A DNA stretch of 64,000 bases from Candidatus Poseidoniaceae archaeon (GTDB taxonomy: Archaea > Thermoplasmatota > Poseidoniia > Poseidoniales > Poseidoniaceae). Shown here piece after piece: positions 46,046-55,434 of this stretch. A program made the position numbers and the translations under genes. The number at the start of each line of letters is the position of its first letter. The stretch's first letter is position 1. Where the stretch lies: positions 2,698-66,697 of the forward strand of contig JANXHP010000008.1 of NCBI GenBank assembly GCA_024958795.1, read 5' to 3'. A model generated the notes under the pieces. It did not search any database, was not told where the DNA came from, and saw only the letters and a program-made list of their open reading frames with translations.

Positions 46046-49000
46046 ATGTATCTTAAAGCACTTGAAGTTTGTAATTTTAAATCGTTTAAGGGCGAAGTAA
46101 CAGTGCCTTTAGACAGGGGATTCACGGCGATTACTGGGCCTAATGGTTCTGGTAAATCCAATTGCGGTGATGCGATTCAATTCGTATTAGGGCCACGTTC
46201 AAATAAAGTGATTAGGGCTCAAAATTCAAAAGATTTGATTTTCAATGGTGGTAAAAACAGCAAACCTGCCCGTTCTTGTTCAGTGACATTGGTCTTTGCT
46301 AATCCGGTATTATCCAATGGCCGTCGTCGTCTTCCATTAGATTCTGATGAAGTTCGTTTGTCCCGTACTGTTCGATTGACAAAAGCAAATAATGTAGTGA
46401 CTCAATATCTATTAGATGATGTAGAGAGTAGTCAAAAATCATTCCATCGTCTTCTCGGTGCAGCAAATGCTCGCCCTGATGGGTACAACATCGTTCTCCA
46501 AGGCGATGTAACAAAACTGGCGAAGATGACTTCTAAAGAGCGCCGTAAGGTACTTGACGGCGTTGCAGGAGTGACTTCATACGATGATGAAATTAGAAAG
46601 GCTGACAAACAAAGAGATCAAGTTGAAGGATATATTGAAAGAATCGCTATGCTCGAAGAGGAACAAAAAGGTCGACTCAAAGAATTACGCAAAGAGAAAG
46701 ACCTTGCGATAAAAGTCCGTGATTTGGTTGAAGAACTGACTGAATCAAGAGTAATTTCATATCAGGCAAAGTATGCGTCTCAAAAGGCAGAAATTGCTTA
46801 CCAGGTCAATGAACAAAGCAGATATGTTGCCGAATCAAATGACTTAAAAGAAGAAGTTAAACAAGGAAGTAAAATACTTCTTGGGTTAGAGGATAAAATT
46901 GGTGAATTACAGAAAGAAATTGAGGCACTAATGGGTGGAGATAATAATGGATTACAGCAACAAATTCAGCAATTACAAGTAACCATCGCAACCAATGGAG
47001 ACTTAATTCGAGATGCTGAGGAAAAGGATGGTGAAGATAAACTTGAATTGCAAGAATTACTTGATAGTCTTCAAGAAGCAAATGATTCATTAACGGAATT
47101 TGCAGATAGCCTTTCTTCAGCAAGAGGTGATTTAGAAAGTGCTAAACAAGCCTTCAAAGAAGCAGAACAAGAAGAGGCAGCGGTTAGTAAATTGTTAGAA
47201 TCTTCAGGTGAATCAACTGCTCAACTTTCACGCAATTTATCAAAAGCAACTGAGAATGTTGAAACTTGTAGGAAAGCAATGGCAGATGCACAAAGTGAAG
47301 TTGACCGTACAGCAGCTCAAGCAGAAGTAATTGAAGAACAACTTGTTACAGCCCAAGATGCTGCAGAGGAAGCACGTTTAGCATTTGAAGAACTTGAACT
47401 TAAGGGTGAAGAATTTGGTGGTGGAGATCCTGAGAAGGATAGAGTGAAACTTGCAAAGGAATTACACGCATCACAAAATGCCGAGTCAAAGTTGACAGAA
47501 GAATCACAACTTGTTGAGAATCGCCTTCGTGAAACTGAACGAAAGTTAATCAGTGCAAGAAATGAATTGGAAACAAGAACTGGTGCCAAGGGATTAGCAG
47601 GTGGTTCAGCCGCTGTTATCGCAGCAAGAGATAGAGGGGAGTTACGCGGAATTATAGGAACAATTGCCGAATTATGTGCTCCAAAAGATAGTTCGCACGA
47701 AGATGCTCTTTCTGCTGCGATAGGCGGAGGAATGACTTCGGTTGTGGTTGAAAATGATGAAGTTGCAGCTAATGCCATCAAATGGCTATCAGAGAAAAGG
47801 GCTGGAAGAGCAACCTTCCTTCCTCTAAACCGACTAGCAAATACTAGAGCAGCCGGTAAGGCAGTAATGGTGGCAAGGAAGCCTGGTGTCATTGGCTTTG
47901 CTTACGAATTACTTGATTACGATCCAAGAATCGATATTGCGGTCCGCTTTGCTTTGAGGAACACACTGATTGTAGATTCAATGTCTACTGCTAGGGCTAA
48001 TATGGGTGGTGTACGATTGGTTACACTGCGTGGTGATGTTACTGAAACAGGCGGTGCAATGATCGGTGGTTCAAAGCGGAAAATGTCAGTATCCTTTGGA
48101 GGTAGAGTTCAAGGTGCAAACGAAGTTGAGAGTTTAACCGCAGAGGTTGAGCGTCTTAGATTGATGGCAGAAACTGTAAATGGTGCCTTGGCTGATGCAA
48201 GAAAGGTACAATTGGAAGTTAGGGGCAAAATCAATGTTCTAACAGATGGAGAACATGCTTCAAAGCAACAAGAATGGCGTGCTGAACTAAAGCAAGCCAA
48301 AACTAATCACAATAAATTACTAGGTGAGGTTGCAGATATTGAAAGAAAATTGAGCACATTGGAAAGTCAAGCGGGTCAAAAACTCGCTGCATTGGATAGT
48401 GCACAAAGTAATTTCGAGCAATCCGAAATTGACAGAGCTACAGCCCAATCTAGTCTAGAAGATGCTAGCCCTGAACATCTAAAGGAAAGACTGCACAAGG
48501 CAGAGGTCAAGAGATTAGAAGCTCAAGGATTGAGAAATAGGGCACAGGATGCTCTTGGAAGTGGCTCTGATCATAGAGATTTGCTCAACAATAGAGTTGT
48601 TGAAATCGGTGAAAGAATTATCTCAATAGAGGTGACAATCGTATCTCGAAGTGAAAAGATTGACCAGATGCAAGCCGCTATAGCAACTGATTCTATAGAA
48701 TTGACAGCCAAGGAACTTGAGCGTTCTGAATTCCTTGAGGAAAATCAAGGATTAGAAAATGAGCGCGTTCAATTGGTAGAAGAAAGAGCATCTCTTAGAG
48801 CAGATTTGACTCAGAAATCAAATGATGCATCATCACGCACTCAAATGGCGGAAGAAATCGGCCGTTCTTTATCATTAAAGCAGGAAACTCTTGATGAATT
48901 ATTATCTGAAATGTCTGAAGCTGAAATTGAACCAGCATCTAGCGATACCACTCTACCAAGCGTAGGGGATGCAGAAAAGAAAGTTAGAGGGATTGAACGT

Positions 49001-49957
49001 CGGCTTGAAGGATATGGGCCTGTTAATATGCTCGCTATTGAGCAATATGACCAATGTCAAGAACGCCTTGATGGAATGAAGGGCGATTTCAAAACTCTAC
49101 AGACCAGGCGTAAGCATCTGTTGGATGTAACAGAACAATTAGAATCGCAAAGAAAGGAACGCTTGCTCGGAGTATTGGAGAGAGTCAATGAGAATTTCAA
49201 GATTGCATATGAAGCATTGAGTGATGGAGGCCGAGGTGAATTATTCCTTGAAAATCCGAAAGAACCATTCAAGGGTGGTCTAGAGTTATGGGCTCAACCT
49301 CGAGGAAAATCTGCCAAGGTTACACGCCATCAGTTATCTGGTGGAGAGCAATCAATGGCAGCACTCGCTTTGATTTTCGCAATTCAAGATTATGACCCAA
49401 GTCCATTCTACTACTTTGATGAAGTAGATCAAAACCTTGACGGATTCAATGCAGAACGTATTGCTAAGATGTGTAGAGAGCGTTCAAAGAGAGCGCAATT
49501 TATCATGGTAACACTTCGTAAAGTTTCATTACGATTAGCAGACCATCACATCGGTATTACGCACGGTGGAGATGGATGCAGTCGCCGTATTGTTGACTTT
49601 GATAAGGCAAGGGCATTGAAGTTAGGTGCTAAAGCAATGAAAGAAGCAAAAGCTGCGGCTGATAAAAACCAATCACGTATTGATGAAGAAGCAGCAGCAT
49701 CAGTTGAGATGCCTCAAGTTCCAGAATCATTGGAAACACCACAGTCCTTAGGAGGGCTGTTAGCACATTTGAAGGATGATATGTCGGAAGACGAAGTTGA
49801 ATCAAGTACCCTTGCTTCTTTGAGTGAGCGTACTGCTGATATGACTGAAGATATTGAGGAAAGGGCAGAAGTCGCTAAAGCCGTACTAGCCGATGAAGAA
49901 GTAGAGTCGAAGGTTGAAAATATTCAGATCACAACAGATGAGGAAACATTGGAGTGA
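46046..49957 (+). CDS. smc: SMC chromosome segregation ATPase
   Basis: MYLKALEVCNFKSFKG...ITGPNGSGKSN contains the Walker A motif. Long coiled coils and a hinge (GIIGTIAELC) are present. The signature is LSGGEQSMAALALIFAI and Walker B is FYYFDEVDQNLD. The Met at 46046 is preferred over the track start at 45962. Confidence 0.95.
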   Translation: MYLKALEVCNFKSFKGEVTVPLDRGFTAITGPNGSGKSNCGDAIQFVLGPRSNKVIRAQNSKDLIFNGGKNSKPARSCSVTLVFANPVLSNGRRRLPLDSDEVRLSRTVRLTKANNVVTQYLLDDVESSQKSFHRLLGAANARPDGYNIVLQGDVTKLAKMTSKERRKVLDGVAGVTSYDDEIRKADKQRDQVEGYIERIAMLEEEQKGRLKELRKEKDLAIKVRDLVEELTESRVISYQAKYASQKAEIAYQVNEQSRYVAESNDLKEEVKQGSKILLGLEDKIGELQKEIEALMGGDNNGLQQQIQQLQVTIATNGDLIRDAEEKDGEDKLELQELLDSLQEANDSLTEFADSLSSARGDLESAKQAFKEAEQEEAAVSKLLESSGESTAQLSRNLSKATENVETCRKAMADAQSEVDRTAAQAEVIEEQLVTAQDAAEEARLAFEELELKGEEFGGGDPEKDRVKLAKELHASQNAESKLTEESQLVENRLRETERKLISARNELETRTGAKGLAGGSAAVIAARDRGELRGIIGTIAELCAPKDSSHEDALSAAIGGGMTSVVVENDEVAANAIKWLSEKRAGRATFLPLNRLANTRAAGKAVMVARKPGVIGFAYELLDYDPRIDIAVRFALRNTLIVDSMSTARANMGGVRLVTLRGDVTETGGAMIGGSKRKMSVSFGGRVQGANEVESLTAEVERLRLMAETVNGALADARKVQLEVRGKINVLTDGEHASKQQEWRAELKQAKTNHNKLLGEVADIERKLSTLESQAGQKLAALDSAQSNFEQSEIDRATAQSSLEDASPEHLKERLHKAEVKRLEAQGLRNRAQDALGSGSDHRDLLNNRVVEIGERIISIEVTIVSRSEKIDQMQAAIATDSIELTAKELERSEFLEENQGLENERVQLVEERASLRADLTQKSNDASSRTQMAEEIGRSLSLKQETLDELLSEMSEAEIEPASSDTTLPSVGDAEKKVRGIERRLEGYGPVNMLAIEQYDQCQERLDGMKGDFKTLQTRRKHLLDVTEQLESQRKERLLGVLERVNENFKIAYEALSDGGRGELFLENPKEPFKGGLELWAQPRGKSAKVTRHQLSGGEQSMAALALIFAIQDYDPSPFYYFDEVDQNLDGFNAERIAKMCRERSKRAQFIMVTLRKVSLRLADHHIGITHGGDGCSRRIVDFDKARALKLGAKAMKEAKAAADKNQSRIDEEAAASVEMPQVPESLETPQSLGGLLAHLKDDMSEDEVESSTLASLSERTADMTEDIEERAEVAKAVLADEEVESKVENIQITTDEETLE

Positions 49958-49962
49958 GATAA

Positions 49963-51231
49963 ATGGCGCAACATCAGGCTGTTTTGGATAAATGGTTCCT
50001 TAGACAGGATATCATTGACCAACTATTGGAATCTGGTGAAGAAAGTGAAGAAGCTCAGTATTTCAGCGACCGAATCATATCGATTGCAGAAACTGATGAG
50101 GCAGAACATCAAAGTTTAGAAGATCCTTTTGATCGTTCTGTAGCCCTAGTTCTATCTTTGGTTAGAGAAGAAGGCTTGGATGCATGGAATATTGATCTAT
50201 CTGCATTCCTAAAAGTTTTCACATCAAGAGTAAAATCTCAATCAACCGAATTGGATTTACCTGCCTGTGGGCGATTAATTCGTCTTTCATGGGAAGTACT
50301 AAATCATCAAGCAGCAATACTGTTTGAACGCGTTCAACGCGCTGATGAAGAAGATGATTGGGGTGATGAAATGGAATTTGGCTGGGAAGCAGAATATGAT
50401 GATGAAGCATTTTTCTTTACAAATACTGTATTAGAAGGAGGTGCTGATTCAGTATTGCCTTCTTTATTTGGAGAGCGAGTACGCAGAGCTGAAGGCCGTC
50501 CAGTGACTCTTGGAGAGTTGTTATCTGCATTCAAAGATGCTGCAGATGATGCAGAAGAATTGAAACTGCGAGAAGCCAATAGAATTGCTCACGAAATAGA
50601 ACTGGCTGATTACTTGGCTAACATTGGTGGCAGGATGCACAATGAAGACCTTGAAGGGGACATTGAACGTTGCTGGAGAGCAATGAGGCAGACTTGTTTG
50701 AAAGCAGGTGCCAATAAAGTCCCTGTTATTGATGTTATGAATGAATTGAAAACAATTCTTGAACAAACATTTGGTGCAGTACCGGAAGGATATCAAGACG
50801 AAGCAAAGGTTTCTTCATTTATTGCTGGATTGTTCCTAACACATCGTGGATTTGCTAGTATTTCTCAAGACATTGTTCCTGAGGGAATCATATTCCTTGA
50901 AGATTTGAGGCCTAGCAATAGTTTTGCGGAGATAGTAGAACTGGTAAAGGCAGAGCAGGAAACAGAATCCGTTCGAATTCAAACCCAGATTACAGGTTCC
51001 CAACGTCATGCAGATAATTTGTCGCAAAGGGCCAAGAAGGCCAAGGAAAAGGAAGAGAGATTACTAAAGAAGGCTGCTAAATTAGCCGACGCAGAGAAGG
51101 TTGTGGAAATAGTTCTAGGGCCAGAACAAAGCCAACACATTTCAAATGAAGAGGAATCTGCAGAATCAAATCAAAATGATTCTAATACTGGCGAGGAATC
51201 AATGGGAAATCACGAATGGTTAGTGGAGTAA
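49963..51231 (+). CDS. scpA: Segregation and condensation protein A (kleisin), unusually long (422 aa)
   Basis: The N-terminal region EEGLDAWNIDLSAFLKVF is ScpA-like. The gene sits between smc and scpB. Confidence 0.8.
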   Translation: MAQHQAVLDKWFLRQDIIDQLLESGEESEEAQYFSDRIISIAETDEAEHQSLEDPFDRSVALVLSLVREEGLDAWNIDLSAFLKVFTSRVKSQSTELDLPACGRLIRLSWEVLNHQAAILFERVQRADEEDDWGDEMEFGWEAEYDDEAFFFTNTVLEGGADSVLPSLFGERVRRAEGRPVTLGELLSAFKDAADDAEELKLREANRIAHEIELADYLANIGGRMHNEDLEGDIERCWRAMRQTCLKAGANKVPVIDVMNELKTILEQTFGAVPEGYQDEAKVSSFIAGLFLTHRGFASISQDIVPEGIIFLEDLRPSNSFAEIVELVKAEQETESVRIQTQITGSQRHADNLSQRAKKAKEKEERLLKKAAKLADAEKVVEIVLGPEQSQHISNEEESAESNQNDSNTGEESMGNHEWLVE

Positions 51232-51243
51232 GGAGTTATTTAC

Positions 51244-51858
51244 ATGAGCGAGTTACCATTGGAATCATTATTGGAAGCAACCTTATTTGGAGCAGGTCGC
51301 TCCATGACTGTTGAGGAATTATCAGAATCATTAGGGTATGATTCAGAAGAAATGATAGATTCACTCAATTCACTACAGGCTACATTGAAGCGCCGCCGTG
51401 GTGGCGCTCTACAAATAGCAGAAATCGGTAACCGATGGGCTATTGAAGTCAAACCGAAGATAGCGGATCATTTGCCCAAAGAAGCAAGAACTGAAATGCC
51501 TCAAAAATTGCTCAAAGCCGCAGCTCTAATCGCATATCACCAGCCAATGGCACAATCTAGATTGGTTGAATTATTAGGTCAGAAGGCATATGATTATGTT
51601 AGAGAACTAGCACAATTAGGTATGGTTGATAGAAGAAAGGATGGAAATACTCGTCGATTGATTACTACACGAAGATTTTCGGAGTCTTTTGGATGTCCTT
51701 ATACTGAAAGAAAGAAGGTAAAAGCCTGGTTTAGAGAACAAGTACAATCTTCTGGGATGCTAGAAGGCATGGTAGGTTCTGAAGCGTTGCAGGAAGAGGA
51801 TAATATTGACTTAACAATACAATCGACTCTACAGGTTTCGGCTCAAGCAGAGGAATGA
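51244..51858 (+). CDS. scpB: Segregation and condensation protein B
   Basis: LEATLFGAGRSMTVEELSESLG and AALIAYHQPMAQSRLVELLG are tandem wHTH ScpB motifs. Confidence 0.9.
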   Translation: MSELPLESLLEATLFGAGRSMTVEELSESLGYDSEEMIDSLNSLQATLKRRRGGALQIAEIGNRWAIEVKPKIADHLPKEARTEMPQKLLKAAALIAYHQPMAQSRLVELLGQKAYDYVRELAQLGMVDRRKDGNTRRLITTRRFSESFGCPYTERKKVKAWFREQVQSSGMLEGMVGSEALQEEDNIDLTIQSTLQVSAQAEE

Positions 51859-51859
51859 A

Positions 51860-53158
51860 TCATTCATTTCTTAACTCTTCAAGTAATTCTTGAACTTTTG
51901 TTTGAGTTTTTGGTCCTGATAGGGCTTGTAAACGTTGAGCAACGATTTCAACTTCATCACCAGTAGCGCCTGCGCTAACCGCCATATTACGAGAATGTAA
52001 CTTCATGTGTCCTGCTTGTATACCGCTTGTTGATAGCGCCCTTAATGCACCTAAATTCTGTGCTAATCCTGATGCTGCTATAACTCCAGCCAATTCTTGA
52101 GCAGAATTAACTCCGAGGATGGCTAAATTAGCTCTAGCAACAGGATGTACCTTACTTGCTCCCCCAACAATTCCTACAGCCATTGGAGTCTCAATGGTCC
52201 CTACAAGGTCTCCATTCTCGTCCTGAGTCCATTGTGTCATCGATGTGTAGATTCCTGATTTGTGGGAAGCCCAAGCATGGCATCCTGCCTCAATTGCTCT
52301 CCAATCTTGCCCACAGGCTACTGATACACTACTGATAGCATTCATCACTCCCTTGTTATGGGTAACTGCCCTAAATGGGTCAGCAATAGCAAAATGGTGT
52401 GCTTCTAGTATTCCATCAATCACCTGCAATCCATTCTCGCGGGTACCATCATCGGATAACTCCTCAGCTGTAAAAGTGGCTTCCACCCTTGCTAATCGGT
52501 GGGCTGCGAGGTTGGATAGTATTTTCAAGTGAACTCTGCCACCGGTTAATCTTTCAACTTCTGGTGCAATTAATTCACACATAGTATTGACTGCATTTGC
52601 ACCCATTGCATCCCTTGTATCAACCAATATATGCATAATTAGCATTGAACCAGATAAGGTTTCAATCACTCGCAATTCAATATCTTTACATCCACCGCCC
52701 AATTTTATCATCGTACTTGGTCGATCATTACATATCCTCATAAGTTCATCTTTAGAGTTTTCAATAATTGAGGTTGCTAATGGAATGTCTGACAATTCAA
52801 GAATCTGCAATTGCCCAATCATCATAGGATCGTCATTATTTGTGCGAAAACCACCCCTAGAAAGGCAACGTTTAGCCATATTTGATGCTGCAGCCACAAC
52901 GCTTGACTCTTCTAAACAGAATGGAATTAGGTAGTGTTTTCCATCAATAACAAAGTTTGTTGCGACTCCAACAGGTAATGACATAGTTCCAATGACATTC
53001 TCAATCATATTGTTCGCAGAATCTTCAGATAACTCTCCATGGGCTGCCAGTGCATCGATTTGAGCCTGACTTAGGCCTGCTGCTTCAGCAACGATCTGTC
53101 TACGTTCAGCAACAGTTAGTCTGAAAAAACCACTTAGACGACTATTTTCAACTGACAT
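51860..53158 (-). CDS. hmgA: HMG-CoA reductase, class II type
   Basis: ENVIGTMSLPVGVATNFVIDGKHYLIPFCLEESSVVAAASNMAK, DAMGANAVNT and GTIETPMAVGIVGG fit the class II pattern. The Met at 53158 (MSVENSRLSGF) has a GAGGA sequence upstream and is preferred over 53191. Confidence 0.9.
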   Translation of the reverse strand: MSVENSRLSGFFRLTVAERRQIVAEAAGLSQAQIDALAAHGELSEDSANNMIENVIGTMSLPVGVATNFVIDGKHYLIPFCLEESSVVAAASNMAKRCLSRGGFRTNNDDPMMIGQLQILELSDIPLATSIIENSKDELMRICNDRPSTMIKLGGGCKDIELRVIETLSGSMLIMHILVDTRDAMGANAVNTMCELIAPEVERLTGGRVHLKILSNLAAHRLARVEATFTAEELSDDGTRENGLQVIDGILEAHHFAIADPFRAVTHNKGVMNAISSVSVACGQDWRAIEAGCHAWASHKSGIYTSMTQWTQDENGDLVGTIETPMAVGIVGGASKVHPVARANLAILGVNSAQELAGVIAASGLAQNLGALRALSTSGIQAGHMKLHSRNMAVSAGATGDEVEIVAQRLQALSGPKTQTKVQELLEELRNE

Positions 53159-53257
53159 CCCGCTTCCTCTATGCATAGCCACTAACCTCAATCACATCAA
53201 GACATCGCTTTGATTGACCTGTGAGTGTTGATTCAGGATTTCTAAGTTTCTCAAATA

Positions 53258-53369
53258 TTAACGGGATTAACGCTTTCTCTAACGCGTTAATGATGCGTTA
53301 ATGATGTGTTAAACGGAGTGATAATGGCTAGAAATTAGTCCTTTGGTGTTTTGATTACCGTGTCTTAAC
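53258..53369. promoter_or_regulatory. Cluster of seven TTAAC/GTTAA half-sites, including a TAACGCGTTA palindrome and a GCGTTAATGAT tandem direct repeat
   Basis: TTAAC occurs at 53258, 53267 and 53365. GTTAA occurs at 53286, 53297 and 53308. The palindrome spans 53280..53289. The direct repeat spans 53284..53294 and 53295..53305. The cluster lies in the 272-nt divergent intergenic region, the longest non-coding stretch in the window. Confidence 0.6.
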
Positions 53370-53430
53370 ACGTCTTTGTTGCCTGTTGATTAGGTCAAAC
53401 AATAAATACCCATTGGCAATTGCTCTAGTT

Positions 53431-55434
53431 ATGCGGATTGAAGGTAAAGAGATTGAACTTCCCCTATTGTTGCAGAACCCATTTTCCACAGCTCCTTTGG
53501 AAGAAGGTCAAAAAAGCCTCTTAGTAGGCCGAAAAGAGATATTTAATAATCTAACACAGCATATTAGTTTCCGTTCTACTAGACGAATATTGATGGTAGG
53601 GAGTGTCGGTTCAGGGCGGACTTCATTGCTACGATGCTTGGCTAATGTTGCTCCAAAAGCGCTACATGTCGACCATATTCATGCTTCTGCTCCAGCAAAA
53701 AGTCTGTTAGAATCATTATATTCGCAATTGGTTGGACAAAATATTCCTACACAGTATACAGCGATTGTATCAGAAATGGTTGAAACTAGTAAATCGTTCA
53801 CTGGAAAATTACCATTGGTCGTTATTGACGTTCCTACTGTTGATTCCTCAGTTCTAAATGTTGCACTGAGAGATACATTGCCCGTAATTGAGAGGCTGCA
53901 GGTATTGATGGTTGTAGTATTAGATCATAAGCAAAAAGCACACTTACCAGAATCGGTATTAGAGAGGTTTGACTTGGTAAGTACATTGAATCCACTTAGT
54001 GTTGAATCGGTTCAAGAGCTGGTGAATTTGAGAATACGTTCAGCATGTAGCACTCGATATTCGTTGCCAAAAGAGGATGCTGAGCACCTGCTATCCATAA
54101 CAGACGGATTGCCAGCCTCAATTATTAGGGTGATGAGAGATGCTGTTGATTCCAATAGGATGGCGCAAAATCAAGTGGCTCAAAGTAGTGATAATTATGA
54201 TTCTCGCGATAGAAGAGGGTTTGATACAAGTGCAATATTGCCCACACAACAGCCTGATGCCTCAACAACAGGCATTTTTACCTCAAATAAAGGCCAATAT
54301 GGCGATGATTTGAATTCCGAGTCAAGTAATGTGGAAAATGATGAAGAGGCCGGATTAGACGCTTCAAAGGGACAAAATCAACAATCTGATATTTTTGGTG
54401 GATTAATGGATCAAATTGGAAATGAATACAATGAAGTTATTGAAAAATCAATAGAACCCTCAGAAGAAGGCGATGTTGAGATATTGGATGCGTCTGAATC
54501 ATGGCAAACTAGGGCTCAAGATGACGAATTAGATACAGAACAATCACAACAGAATGAATGGCAAGAAGTACCTGGTTCAGGGGGTTCGCTGTTTGGATTC
54601 GATTTAGATTTAGAGGATTTAGGAGATTCACAGGATAATGATGAACCATTAGTGGAAACTCCATTTGATATTTTTAATTCAGAAGAGATCAAAAATGAAA
54701 CAGTGAAGCCAATTCCATTGAAAATGGCAGGTATGTTCGGCTCATTAGTCGGAAGAATGAGGGACGTACCAGATGCAGAAAATCAAAATCAAGATGATTT
54801 TGAAATCACGAAAGGAGGAGATGGTGCCGAATTATGGATTGCTAAAGATTCTAATCTAATTGATGAATCAAACGATGATGACTTAGAAGGGGATGGGACT
54901 GCGGTATTGTATGATGAAACGAGCATAGTGGATGGCGAATTTGATGAACAAGTAGAATACGAAGTAAATGATATTAGTCAAGAAGAGAGTTACATTGAAT
55001 CGGAAATAGTAACCAATGCTGATATGAAGACGTTTTCAACTTTAGTCAATGCACTTCAAACTGCTTTGTTAGCGCCACAAAAACCAGATGGTACAATTGA
55101 TCGTAGAAAGTTAATCGATGCATTGACAAGTTTACGGCAACCAAGGGTTGGGGAAAGAGTTGATCATCCATTAAATCCGGGTGTGTTGTCAAATTTATCA
55201 CCTCATGAAGCAGTTGTTGTAGCAACTGCTAATGAAAGAAAATACTCTCCTTCCGATAAAGAACTATTACAAGAATTGAAAATAAAAAGGTCTAGATTAT
55301 CTCAAATAAGTAATCGCTTACTGAGGGGCGGTATCCTCAATGTTCGTACGGTTGGGAAAAGCCGAATGTTCACATTGACTCAAACTGCAAGGGCCCAATT
55401 GACTGCTTGGAACATGATGGGAGGTGAGTCTTGA
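53431..55434 (+). CDS. Orc1/Cdc6-architecture AAA+-like protein with degenerate Walker motifs, ~300-aa acidic disordered linker and C-terminal winged-helix domain
   Basis: The Walker A position reads MVGSVGSGRTSLL, with Arg in place of Lys. The Walker-B-like segment is LPLVVIDVPT. The lid region is LSVESVQELVNLRIRS. The central region is rich in D/E/N/Q. The C-terminus (LKIKRSRLSQISNRLLRGGILNVRTVGKSRMFTLT) is wHTH-like. The track start at 53386 is TTG, so the ATG at 53431 is preferred. Confidence 0.6.
   Translation: MRIEGKEIELPLLLQNPFSTAPLEEGQKSLLVGRKEIFNNLTQHISFRSTRRILMVGSVGSGRTSLLRCLANVAPKALHVDHIHASAPAKSLLESLYSQLVGQNIPTQYTAIVSEMVETSKSFTGKLPLVVIDVPTVDSSVLNVALRDTLPVIERLQVLMVVVLDHKQKAHLPESVLERFDLVSTLNPLSVESVQELVNLRIRSACSTRYSLPKEDAEHLLSITDGLPASIIRVMRDAVDSNRMAQNQVAQSSDNYDSRDRRGFDTSAILPTQQPDASTTGIFTSNKGQYGDDLNSESSNVENDEEAGLDASKGQNQQSDIFGGLMDQIGNEYNEVIEKSIEPSEEGDVEILDASESWQTRAQDDELDTEQSQQNEWQEVPGSGGSLFGFDLDLEDLGDSQDNDEPLVETPFDIFNSEEIKNETVKPIPLKMAGMFGSLVGRMRDVPDAENQNQDDFEITKGGDGAELWIAKDSNLIDESNDDDLEGDGTAVLYDETSIVDGEFDEQVEYEVNDISQEESYIESEIVTNADMKTFSTLVNALQTALLAPQKPDGTIDRRKLIDALTSLRQPRVGERVDHPLNPGVLSNLSPHEAVVVATANERKYSPSDKELLQELKIKRSRLSQISNRLLRGGILNVRTVGKSRMFTLTQTARAQLTAWNMMGGES

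Noticed and set aside
53284-53316. Possible C/D-box sRNA, because AATGATG occurs twice (C-box-like RUGAUGA)
   Set aside because: No D box (CUGA) or C'/D' pair lies at a suitable distance on either strand, and there are no terminal complementary ends. The ATGATG is part of a tandem DNA repeat, which is better explained as a protein-binding array.
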